A stretch of DNA of 32,000 nt from Halalkalibacterium halodurans (lineage in GTDB: Bacteria > Bacillota > Bacilli > Bacillales > Bacillaceae_D): assembly GCF_004376175.1 (NCBI RefSeq), contig NZ_SNUY01000036.1:1-32000 (forward strand), given 5' to 3'. Shown here in pieces: positions 9,656 to 18,330 of the stretch. Every line of letters starts with the position of its first letter. Position 1 is the first letter of the stretch. A program made the translations under genes and the position numbers. Under the pieces are notes generated by a model, which was not told the DNA's origin, ran no database searches, and saw nothing but the letters and a program-made list of their open reading frames with translations.

Positions 9656-9664
9656 TTAATCCTC

Positions 9665-10132
9665 CTAGAATACTTTTTTCATATAACGTCTTTCTGTAAT
9701 AAAGCCCATAGAATTATACATTCTAACAGCTTCTTTATTAACTTCAGACACATTTAAGTCAATAGTACTAATTTTATGTTTTTTCGCAACCTGTTCAGCT
9801 TGTTTCATTAATCTTCTTCCGATCCCTTTACCCCTAAATTTATTGGAAACAATAATTTGATTAATGTGAAGACGAGATTCCCCAAAAAATTCATGTTTGT
9901 ATAACCATAAGAATCCTACTAATCTTTCATCTTCATAAGTACCTATCAAAATTGCTGTTTTTTGATTAATATAATTTGGTATCAAGTTTAGCTTTTCTTT
10001 ACACAAGCTAATACTTTGTTCTTTTGAAATGCCGAAGTTTTCAATATATGTTTCTGTTAATAAGTCTAAGATAGCATCCTTACATTTTAAGAATTCTTCA
10101 TTATCCAATTCTTTAACTATCAAAGCGTTCAC
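9665..10132 (-). CDS. GNAT-family N-acetyltransferase
   Basis: 155 aa. The acetyl-CoA binding motif is IIVSNKFRGKGIGRRLM. Its start overlaps the end of the upstream sugar transferase gene by 20 nt. Confidence 0.85.
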   Translation of the reverse strand: MNALIVKELDNEEFLKCKDAILDLLTETYIENFGISKEQSISLCKEKLNLIPNYINQKTAILIGTYEDERLVGFLWLYKHEFFGESRLHINQIIVSNKFRGKGIGRRLMKQAEQVAKKHKISTIDLNVSEVNKEAVRMYNSMGFITERRYMKKVF

Positions 10133-10757
10133 CTCTATCTACATCTAAATCCTTTAAAGGACCCCTATCAACAACAGTTACGCCTTCTCTTATAAAAGCT
10201 TTAATTACTGTTTTAAAAATAATTTCTAAGTCTAATAGAAAAGTAATATTATTCACGTACTCTACATCAGCTGCTAATCTATTATCCCAATTCAGATTAT
10301 TCCTACCATTTATCTGCGCAAGTCCAGAAAGACCTGGTCGAACAGTATGCCTTATCCTTTCAGTCTCAGTATAATAAGGCAAATACCTGACTAATAGAGG
10401 TCTAGGCCCAATAATAGACATATCGCCTTTTAGAATATTGAATAGTCCCGGTAACTCATCAAGAGATGTAGAACGAAGGAACTTACCAAACTTCGTTAAT
10501 CTAACACTATCAGGTAATAACTCCCCATTTTCATCTCTCTCATCGGACATTGTTCTAAATTTATACATTGTGAAGATTTTTTCATTAAGACCAGGCCTAT
10601 CTTGTTTAAATAATACTGGACTTCCCAACTTTGTTTTTACAAGTAATGCAACTACTAACAGAATAGGACTCAAAAATATAATAGCTAATAAAGCCAAAGT
10701 AAAGTCCATCGGCCTCTTTATAAACCTTCTATATATACCACTTTTAGAATGCTCCAT
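10113..10757 (-). CDS. Small monotopic phosphoglycosyl transferase (bacterial sugar transferase; PglC/EpsL-like)
   Basis: 214 aa. It has one N-terminal re-entrant helix, the motifs KFRTM and LDELPGLFNILKGDMSIIGPRP, and the conserved C-terminal region. Confidence 0.88.
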   Translation of the reverse strand: MEHSKSGIYRRFIKRPMDFTLALLAIIFLSPILLVVALLVKTKLGSPVLFKQDRPGLNEKIFTMYKFRTMSDERDENGELLPDSVRLTKFGKFLRSTSLDELPGLFNILKGDMSIIGPRPLLVRYLPYYTETERIRHTVRPGLSGLAQINGRNNLNWDNRLAADVEYVNNITFLLDLEIIFKTVIKAFIREGVTVVDRGPLKDLDVDRGERFDS

Positions 10758-10761
10758 AAAC

Positions 10762-11886
10762 TCACCACAATCCTTTTATAATTTCTACAATTTTCGCCAA
10801 GTCAGCATCTGTCATCTTAGTATCCGACGGCAAACAAACACCATTCTCAAACAACTTTTCTGATACATCAGTTCCAACAAATTCATACTTCTCAAAGAAA
10901 GGCTGCATATGCATTGGCTTCCAAACCGGTCTTGACTCGATATTTTCAGCTTCCAATGCTTCAAATATATCAATTGGTCTCACTTTACCAGTCAACGTCA
11001 TTGAGCTTAACCAGTAATTCGGTGCATCCCATTCATTGCTAGGCATAAACTGGACTCCTTCAAGCTCACCAAGTTCTCTCTTATAAAATTCATAGATATA
11101 ATTCTTCTTTTCTACACGTTGATCTAAAACTTTTAACTGCCCTCTACCAATACCAGCAACCACATTGCTCATACGGTAATTAAACCCTAATTCACTATGT
11201 TGATAGTGCCTTGCCTGATCTCTTGATTGAGTTGCCCAAAATTTTGCCTTGGCAATTCTTTCTTCATTATCAGAAACAAGCATTCCACCACCAGAAGTAG
11301 TGATGATTTTGTTCCCATTAAAAGAGAAGATGCCATAATCGCCAAATGTTCCAGTATGCTTACCTTTATAGTAAGTACCTAAACTTTCAGCAGCATCTTC
11401 TATTAAAACAACATTATGTTTCTTACAAAGGTCTACTATTCTATCCATATCTGCTGATAATCCATAAAGGTGAACTACGATGACTGCCTTTACCTCAGGA
11501 TACTTTTGAAGAGCTTCTTCTAAAGCTTCCGGGCACATATTCCATGTTTCATAATTACTATCTATAAATACTGGAACAGCATTTTGATAGATAATTGGAT
11601 TAGCTGTTGCTGAGAATGTAAGTGTTGGGCAGAATACGATATCCCCTTCACCAACTCCCGCAGCTCGCAAAGCTAAGTGAATAGCTGCCGTCCCAGAAGT
11701 AAGTGCTGCTGCTGCTTTAGAGCCAACCTTTTCTGATAACTCTCTTTCAAATCCATTTACGTTTTCTCCAAGAGGAGCGATCCAGTTTGTATCGAATGCT
11801 TCCTTTACATATTCCATTTCATAACCTTCATCACTCATATGGGGTGATGAAAGAAAAATTCTTTCGTTCACTTTTGTTATCTCCAT
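10762..11886 (-). CDS. DegT/DnrJ/EryC1/StrS-family PLP-dependent sugar aminotransferase (EpsN/PglE-like)
   Basis: 374 aa. Motifs are SSGTAAIHLAL-type and FSFNGNKIITTSGGGML (PLP lysine region). This is the intact copy. Confidence 0.9.
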   Translation of the reverse strand: MEITKVNERIFLSSPHMSDEGYEMEYVKEAFDTNWIAPLGENVNGFERELSEKVGSKAAAALTSGTAAIHLALRAAGVGEGDIVFCPTLTFSATANPIIYQNAVPVFIDSNYETWNMCPEALEEALQKYPEVKAVIVVHLYGLSADMDRIVDLCKKHNVVLIEDAAESLGTYYKGKHTGTFGDYGIFSFNGNKIITTSGGGMLVSDNEERIAKAKFWATQSRDQARHYQHSELGFNYRMSNVVAGIGRGQLKVLDQRVEKKNYIYEFYKRELGELEGVQFMPSNEWDAPNYWLSSMTLTGKVRPIDIFEALEAENIESRPVWKPMHMQPFFEKYEFVGTDVSEKLFENGVCLPSDTKMTDADLAKIVEIIKGLW

Positions 11887-12084
11887 CCTATAGACTTCCT
11901 TCCATCGTTAAGTTAATATTTTAGTAGATTAGGACTTACTTGGAATCTTCAAAACTAATTACTCCAACCAACTTCTAAACCACTAAATTGGTTATCTACT
12001 TCTGATACCCACCTCGCATTTAATATTCAATATGCGATATACATGAAAAGATCAATATATTATGTTTATGTGTTACAAAACACT

Positions 12085-12110
12085 AACAACCACTATATAC
12101 CGTGGTTGTT
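12085..12110. terminator. Perfect 9-bp hairpin inside the junction between the two aminotransferase copies
   Basis: AACAACCAC (12085-12093) pairs with GTGGTTGTT (12102-12110) around an 8-nt loop. T-rich sequence follows on the minus strand (AGTGTTTTGT). Confidence 0.35.
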
Positions 12111-12127
12111 ATTTGATTCAAATACCC

Positions 12128-13054
12128 ACCTCGTTCTAATGCTTCAATCACATCAATCGGTCTAACTTACCCTGTCAATGTGATTGCACTTAGCCAATAA
12201 TTAGGTTTGTCCCATTCATTTTCAGGCATAAATTCAATACTGTCTAGCTCACTTAATGCTTTTTTGTAATACTTATAAATGTACCTTTTTTTCTCTACCC
12301 TTTCATCTAATATCTTCAATTGTCCTCTACCGATTCCAGCAACAACGTTACTCATACGGTAATTAAATCCGAGTTCGCTATGTTCATAATGTCTTGCTTG
12401 ATCTCTACTTTGTGTAGCCCAAAATCTTGCCTTTTCAATTCTTCCTTCTTGATCGGAAACCAACATACCACCACCAGAGGTAGTGATAATTTTATTTCCA
12501 TTAAATGAAAAAATCCCGTAGTCTCCGAATGTCCCTGTATGTTTTCCTTTATAATAAGTGCCCAACGATTCTGCTGCATCCTCAATCAGAGCAACATTAT
12601 GTTTTTTACATAATTCTACAATTGAATCTATATCTGCTGATAATCCATAGAGATGAACCACAATAACTGCCTTAACTTCGGGATACTTTTCAAATGCCTC
12701 TTCTAATGCTTTCGGGCACATATTCCATGTTTTATAGTCACTATCTATAAAGACCGGAATTGCATTTTGATAGATAATCGGGTTTGCTGTAGCTGAGAAG
12801 GTTAATGTAGAACAAAAGACAACATCTCCATCACTTACACCTGCTGCCTTTAAAGCTAAATGGATCGCTGCTGTACCTGAGGATAATGCGGCGCCAGCTT
12901 TTGCTCCGACTTTTTCAGCCAATTCTTTTTCGAACATATTGACATTGTTACCGAGTGGTGCAATCCAGTTTGTATCAAAAGCTTCTTTTACATACGCCAT
13001 TTCATAACCTTCATCACTCATATGTGGTGATGATAGGAATATTCTCTCTCCCAT
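12128..13054 (-). pseudogene. Truncated paralogue of the DegT-type aminotransferase (N-terminal ~295 codons, then a frameshift, then loss of homology)
   Basis: By hand count there are 44 differences in about 291 aligned residues versus 10762-11886, roughly 85% identity. A 1-nt loss creates the stop at 12167. The shifted frame still reads VRPIDVIEALE (intact copy: VRPIDIFEALE). Similarity ends near 12128. The last ~70 codons are absent. Confidence 0.85.
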
Positions 13055-13151
13055 TGATTAGACTTCCTCCTAGTAGATGATCAGCGATTAATCTAATGTT
13101 GTCTCTCAATAAAGCCGTTTGTATTATAAAGTAAACCAGTAAGAACGACAA

Positions 13152-13181
13152 ATGCAGCCTATACGTTTGTACAAGCTGCAT
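13152..13181 (-). terminator. Hairpin downstream of galU
   Basis: ATGCAGC (13152-13158) pairs with GCTGCAT (13175-13181). On the minus strand it is followed by TTGTCGTTCTT. The U-tract is moderate. Confidence 0.4.
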
Positions 13182-13219
13182 GATTCATTTGTCTTTCCTC
13201 TACCCGTTCATTCCCTCTG

Positions 13220-14101
13220 TTAAAAGTTAACCTTCTTCTGTTCGAGGATTGCTTCTAGAAAGCGGGCAAACTCGTCCTTGATCGCCTCATCGTGTAAGGC
13301 GAATTCGACGGTTGTTTTCACAAATCCAATCTTCTCACCAACGTCGTAGCGTTTGCCTTCGAAGTCATAGGCGTACACATGTTGGATTTCGTTAAGGCGC
13401 TCGATGGCATCGGTTAATTGAATTTCTCCGCCTGCCCCTGTTTCATGGCGCTCCAAAAACGTGAAGATTTCTGGCGTTAACACGTAGCGTCCCATGATTG
13501 CTAAGTTGGATGGGGCAGTTCCCGGCTTTGGCTTCTCGACAAACTGCTTGACTGTATACGTTCGTCCCTTTTGGTCGATCGGGTCGACAATGCCGTAGCG
13601 ATGGGTTTTATGGTCGGGGACGGTCTGTACACCGATGACCGATGACTCTGTTTGTTCGTATTGATCGATCAGTTGTTTTAAGCACGGGGTTTCCGCTTGA
13701 ACGATATCGTCCCCTAATAAGACGGCAAACGGCTCGTCGCCGATAAATTTCCGTGCACACCAGACGGCATGTCCGAGTCCTTTTGGCTCTTTTTGCCGAA
13801 TGTAATGGATATCGACCTTTGTCGACTCGTTCACTTTTTCTAGTAAATCGTATTTTTCCTTTTCTGCGAGCGTTTGTTCAAGCTCAAAGGAATGATCGAA
13901 ATGATCTTCAATCGCTCGCTTGCCTTTTCCGGTGACGATAATAATGTCTTCAATGCCTGATGAGATCGCTTCTTCGACAATGTATTGAATCGTCGGCTTG
14001 TCTACGATTGGGAGCATTTCTTTTGGCATCGCTTTGGTGGCAGGGAGAAATCGCGTCCCTAGCCCGGCTGCTGGAATAATCGCTTTTCTGATTTTCTTCA
14101 C
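13220..14101 (-). CDS. galU: UTP-glucose-1-phosphate uridylyltransferase
   Basis: 293 aa. The N-terminus [40 protein letters not shown] is diagnostic of GalU/GtaB. Confidence 0.95.
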   Translation of the reverse strand: MKKIRKAIIPAAGLGTRFLPATKAMPKEMLPIVDKPTIQYIVEEAISSGIEDIIIVTGKGKRAIEDHFDHSFELEQTLAEKEKYDLLEKVNESTKVDIHYIRQKEPKGLGHAVWCARKFIGDEPFAVLLGDDIVQAETPCLKQLIDQYEQTESSVIGVQTVPDHKTHRYGIVDPIDQKGRTYTVKQFVEKPKPGTAPSNLAIMGRYVLTPEIFTFLERHETGAGGEIQLTDAIERLNEIQHVYAYDFEGKRYDVGEKIGFVKTTVEFALHDEAIKDEFARFLEAILEQKKVNF

Positions 14102-14116
14102 GTTTCCACTCCTCTA

Positions 14117-15943
14117 TTATGCTGAACCGACGGTTGGGTTGCTTAGACCTAATGCCTCCACTCTGAAGTTGGCAATGTCGAGCAACTCTTCCCGTAATGC
14201 ATCTTTCTCTTTCTTTGCAAATTCGTCGGTCAATTGATAGATGACGTTAATTTCAATTGGTGGTGTCTTCCCGCGGTAAATCTTCGGATAGACTTGCTCG
14301 CTGTGGACTTCATTTTCCCCGAGCAATTCTTCAAATAGTTTTTCTCCTGGTCTCATGCCGGTAAAGACAATCGGAATCTCGTCCTCCGTATAGCCTGACA
14401 GACGAATGAGATTGCGAGCCAGGTCGACAATTTTCACAGGCTCCCCCATATCGAGGACAAACACCTCGCCTCCGTCAGCAAGCGCTCCCGCTTGGAGAAC
14501 GAGACGGGAAGCTTCTGGAATGGTCATGAAATAGCGGACCATTTCTGGATCCGTGACGGTCACAGGGCCACCTTTTTGGATCTGCTTCTTAAATAAAGGG
14601 ATGACGCTGCCGCGACTACCGAGGACGTTTCCGAAACGTACAGCGACGAAGCGGGTGTCACTAATCATGTCCATATGTTGAATGATCATTTCCGCGATTC
14701 GTTTCGTAGCTCCCATTACGCTTGTCGGGTTGACTGCTTTATCGGTCGAGATCATCACAAAGGTGTTGACGTTCGCCGCACTTGCCGCCTCCGCAGTGTT
14801 CTTCGTGCCGAGCACATTGTTTTTCACTGCCTCCTCAGGATTTCGTTCCATGAGCGGAACATGCTTGTGTGCTGCTGCATGGAAGACAACGTGGGGCTTC
14901 CGATCGTCCATGATTGAAAACATTTTCTCACGATCCTGAATATCTGCGATCTCGGTGACGATATTGATGTTAGGGAGCTTGTCCCGTAATTCCATTTCAA
15001 TGGAGTATATGCTGTTTTCGCCATGACCGAGAAGGACGAGTGTCTCCGGTTGGAAACAAGCGATTTGCCGACAAATTTCTGACCCGATGGAACCGCCCGC
15101 CCCAGTGACGAGCACCGTTCGATTTGTAATGTATTGAGCAATCCCATTGATATCGAGCTCGACAGGATCTCTACCTAGTAAATCCTCTACTTCTACATCC
15201 CGGAACTGAGCAACCTCCACTCTTCCCATCATGATATCTTCAATTTTCGGGAGAATTTGCGTTTTTACTTTTGTTTTCGAGCAGACGTGAAAAATATCAT
15301 TCAGCTCTACCCGGCTCAACGATGGGATGGCAATTATAATATGTTCAATGCTATGTTCTGCAACAATCCCTTCCATGTCCTTAACGGCGCCTAAAACAGG
15401 AATGCCCATGATCTCTAGATTGTGCTTACTAATATCATCATCCACGAAAGCCACTGGGCGCAGCTCCGCTTCTTGGTTTTGTAACAACTGACGAGCAACC
15501 ATCGACCCAGCCGAACCTGCTCCGATGATCAGTGTCTTCGTTTTATTAAGCTTTGGCTTCATATATGTATCTCTGTAAAGTCGCCAAGAAAAGCGCGATC
15601 CCCCGATCAGTAGCATGTGCATCATCCACGTCGTAAAGAGCGTCCGGACATATACCGTTTGGAAAAATAATAGTTGAACGACGGCCACCGTAAGGATCGA
15701 AAATGTAACAGCCATGATGATTGCTTTTAATTCGTTCATGCTTGCATACTGCCATACTCGCTTGTACAGCTTTAGTTTTTGCGCAAAGAAATGATGGCTG
15801 GCTAGCAGCGTAACAGAGCTAACAAACAATATACTCGAGAATGTGCCACTTGAAAACATAAGAAAATTGCAGACATAAATCGAAAACATCACAATCACCG
15901 AGTCATTTGTCGCGAGCAAAGCAATCCTTTTTTTATATGACAT
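14117..15943 (-). CDS. Membrane-anchored CapD/EpsC/PglF-type nucleotide-sugar 4,6-dehydratase (polysaccharide biosynthesis protein CapD family)
   Basis: N-terminal TM helices are followed by two Rossmann-like regions (IIGAGSAGSMV, VTGAGGSIGSE) and then STDKAVNPTSVMGATKR. I place the start at MSYKKR (ATG 15943), which has AGGAGGTG 5 nt upstream. The ORF-track start at 16153 runs through hairpins and has no RBS. Confidence 0.9.
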   Translation of the reverse strand: MSYKKRIALLATNDSVIVMFSIYVCNFLMFSSGTFSSILFVSSVTLLASHHFFAQKLKLYKRVWQYASMNELKAIIMAVTFSILTVAVVQLLFFQTVYVRTLFTTWMMHMLLIGGSRFSWRLYRDTYMKPKLNKTKTLIIGAGSAGSMVARQLLQNQEAELRPVAFVDDDISKHNLEIMGIPVLGAVKDMEGIVAEHSIEHIIIAIPSLSRVELNDIFHVCSKTKVKTQILPKIEDIMMGRVEVAQFRDVEVEDLLGRDPVELDINGIAQYITNRTVLVTGAGGSIGSEICRQIACFQPETLVLLGHGENSIYSIEMELRDKLPNINIVTEIADIQDREKMFSIMDDRKPHVVFHAAAHKHVPLMERNPEEAVKNNVLGTKNTAEAASAANVNTFVMISTDKAVNPTSVMGATKRIAEMIIQHMDMISDTRFVAVRFGNVLGSRGSVIPLFKKQIQKGGPVTVTDPEMVRYFMTIPEASRLVLQAGALADGGEVFVLDMGEPVKIVDLARNLIRLSGYTEDEIPIVFTGMRPGEKLFEELLGENEVHSEQVYPKIYRGKTPPIEINVIYQLTDEFAKKEKDALREELLDIANFRVEALGLSNPTVGSA

Positions 15944-15956
15944 GAACGCACCTCCT

Positions 15957-16102
15957 ATCCTTTTGTTCAGAAAAACTTGGCCTATGGCCAGGTCCAATAG
16001 CAAAAGCCAAGTTTTTCTTACCCTCAATCTTTTTTTATAGAAGTTAAACTTTCTAAGAGTGTAAAAAGCACTAAGCAACTCCTTAATCGCATTAAGGAGT
16101 TG
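15957..16102 (-). promoter_or_regulatory. Structured leader of the epsC-like gene with two terminator-like hairpins; candidate epsC/EAR-type antitermination RNA
   Basis: Hairpin 1 is a perfect 12-bp stem, CAACTCCTTAAT/ATTAAGGAGTTG, at 16076-16102. Hairpin 2 pairs AAAAACTTGGC (15971-15981) with GCCAAGTTTTT (16006-16016), with an inner 6-bp helix. On the minus strand it ends in a U-run only 14 nt before the SD. Confidence 0.4.
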
Positions 16103-16981
16103 ATTAATGCTTTTTTTCTTTCTCTCTATGAAAATAAAATAAACATGAGGCATTGAACCTCACCTCACGCCACATCAATGACAACGGACGCGTCTAAGGT
16201 CATCGCTGATTGACGACCCACAACATGGCCGAGTGCCTCCGTCGATAAAGGTAAGGAGACATTACCTTCGTACACTTAGAACCTATAATAATAGATTAAT
16301 CGGCTAATTTGGGAGAAAAGTGAAGGGAACTTGCAGACAGATAGAAATTTCTCTTAAAAAAAGACCCTTTCTACTTCACTGCGTTAAATTGTCGATGGTT
16401 ATATGTAAATTCTGAAGATTTTCCCAACCTCTGTCGTACATTGCAATAATAACAATTTTCAATAGGGGAGTAAAGATGAAAAATATAGATTATTCATAAC
16501 CGTCCCATTTTTTTGGAACGGTATTTATCATCTTCTCCTAATGACGCTGTTTTTGTCAAATATACAAACGTTTATAAAAAGAAACATTACTAATATCTTA
16601 TACGAATTGTACAGCTTTTGTACAGAATTGATCGGAAATTCCTATTCTTTGCCAATTTGCAAGCTTTTTCATATAGTAGAATGACCAATGGCTGAAGGAA
16701 GATAGACACTTTCATATCGGTTTAATCTTTTTTTAAAAAAGGCGCACATACTGGGCACATCATGAAAATACTCAGAGTAGACGTTACTTAATCTTTTCGA
16801 TTATCACACGTTTCTTACGATTAAAATGAGGATAATCAAATGAAGAGGAATGCGTACCATAAAAAAGACCGTGGTGTTCCAGCAACAGCGACCTAGGAAT
16901 AAAAGGTTCCTAAGCAATAAATAGGGTATGCCAAAAACGATATATCCTTTTAAATTTCTTAGTATCATTTCCTCCTACAGT

Positions 16982-17024
16982 GTATATACTATGTATATAC
17001 AATAATAAAATGAGGGGTTATAAT
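16982..17024 (+). promoter_or_regulatory. mazEF promoter with overlapping double-palindrome operator
   Basis: The palindrome GTATATAC occurs twice (16982-16989 and 16993-17000), 3 nt apart. The -35-like TATACA lies at 16996-17001, followed by a 17-nt spacer and a perfect TATAAT at 17019-17024. Confidence 0.5.
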
Positions 17025-17055
17025 GAATGTAGATGAAAATAAAGGAGTGACACTC

Positions 17056-17292
17056 ATGACTACTATACAAAAGTGGGGAAATAGTTTAGCTGTTCGTATT
17101 CCGAACCATTATGCTAAACATATTAACGTTACGCAAGGATCTGAAATTGAACTAAGTTTAGGGAGTGATCAAACGATTATTTTAAAGCCTAAAAAAAGAA
17201 AGCCAACATTAGAGGAATTAGTGGCAAAAATCACTCCTGAAAATAGACATAACGAAATTGATTTCGGGAGAACAGGAAAGGAATTGTTGTAA
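17056..17292 (+). CDS. mazE: MazE-type antitoxin (AbrB/SpoVT-fold)
   Basis: MTTIQKWGNSLAVRIPNHYAK...LEELVAKITPENRHNEIDFG parallels E. coli MazE (KRWGNSPAVRIP...[20 protein letters not shown], recalled from memory). I place the start at the second Met, behind AAAGGAGTG. The ORF-track ATG at 17023 falls inside the -10 box. Confidence 0.88.
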   Translation: MTTIQKWGNSLAVRIPNHYAKHINVTQGSEIELSLGSDQTIILKPKKRKPTLEELVAKITPENRHNEIDFGRTGKELL

Positions 17293-17622
17293 ATGCCAGT
17301 ACCGGATAGAGGGAATCTTGTTTATGTAGACTTTAACCCACAATCGGGTCATGACCAAGCCGGGACACGACCGGCTATTGTTTTGTCCCCTAAATTATTT
17401 AATAAAAACACAGGTTTTGCCGTGGTTTGTCCAATTACCAGACAACAAAAAGGTTATCCTTTTGAAATAGAAATACCACCGGGGTTACCTATTGAAGGGG
17501 TTATTCTTACTGACCAAGTAAAAAGTCTGGATTGGAGAGCAAGAAACTTTCACATTAAAGGACAAGCACCAGAGGAAACTGTTACTGATTGTTTACAACT
17601 TATTCATACATTTTTATCTTAA
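17293..17622 (+). CDS. mazF: MazF/PemK-type endoribonuclease toxin
   Basis: PDRGNLVYVDFNPQSGHDQAGTRPAIVLSP...QQKGYPFEI...LTDQVKSLDWRAR matches E. coli MazF (PDMGDLIWVDFDPTKGSEQAGHRPAVVLSP...QSKGYPFEV...ADQVKSIAWRAR, from memory). The start abuts the mazE stop (TAAATG). Confidence 0.92.
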   Translation: MPVPDRGNLVYVDFNPQSGHDQAGTRPAIVLSPKLFNKNTGFAVVCPITRQQKGYPFEIEIPPGLPIEGVILTDQVKSLDWRARNFHIKGQAPEETVTDCLQLIHTFLS

Positions 17623-18330
17623 ACACTCAACCAGGAGAGACTCTTCCCTTTGCGGACCATTTATTTTGTCGTAGTACAATGTAAAAAAAGTAAGCAAAAT
17701 CATACAGCAGCCCCCCTCTCATAAAAAATGGGAGCATATCACCTTCCTTTGCGACCCCTAATCTATTGCCTATCTATTAAAAATAGGCTTGATTTAGTAA
17801 AATGATTCATTTTGTTTTTAAATTGATGAACTTTATATTGAATATGAACTCCCTCGTATTTCTGAGCCTATGGTGGTCATGATTGACTGGACTGCTCACA
17901 ACAATAAGCTCGTTTCACCAGCCACCGATTCTTTCTCCGGTGGTCGATTTGCTCGTAGAATCCCCTTACACAATGCAAAAGGCGTGTTCGACCTGATTTG
18001 ACATTGGCTTTCCCCCATGATCGGACAATGGTTGATAAAATTCGCGTTTATAAAATTCGAGATTTTTCGTTCTACCTTGACTTTTTTGATCATACATTGC
18101 TTAAGACAGCGGACAACGTCAACATTGGCAAAGATAAATATATTAATGCGTCATGTAGATTTTGCTCGAATTTCTTCGATTTATCTGCTTAAAGTCTTCC
18201 ATTCCTTTGCAAATCGCATATGTCGAAAGACCTAAAGGGCGCTTATAATAAAAGAGTGTCGCAAAATGATTGGTTTAGTAATGCTTTAGGATATGTTTAG
18301 TCATATGAAAAGGAGATGATATCCGTGGCA

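Noticed and set aside
15944-16153. 70-codon N-terminal extension of the CapD ORF
   Set aside because: It runs through two strong hairpins and has no RBS. The internal Met at 15943 has AGGAGGTG upstream and a typical CapD N-terminus.
16476-16522. 7-codon mini-ORF (MKNIDYS) with a good RBS, followed by a hairpin: a possible leader-peptide attenuator
   Set aside because: The hairpin is imperfect and lacks a U-run. There is no downstream gene on that strand for more than 500 nt.
16804-16860. 18-codon hydrophobic minus-strand ORF (MVRIPLHLIILILIVRNV) resembling a type I toxin
   Set aside because: It has no Shine-Dalgarno, no evident antisense RNA promoter or terminator, and is very short. It cannot be distinguished from chance in AT-rich DNA.
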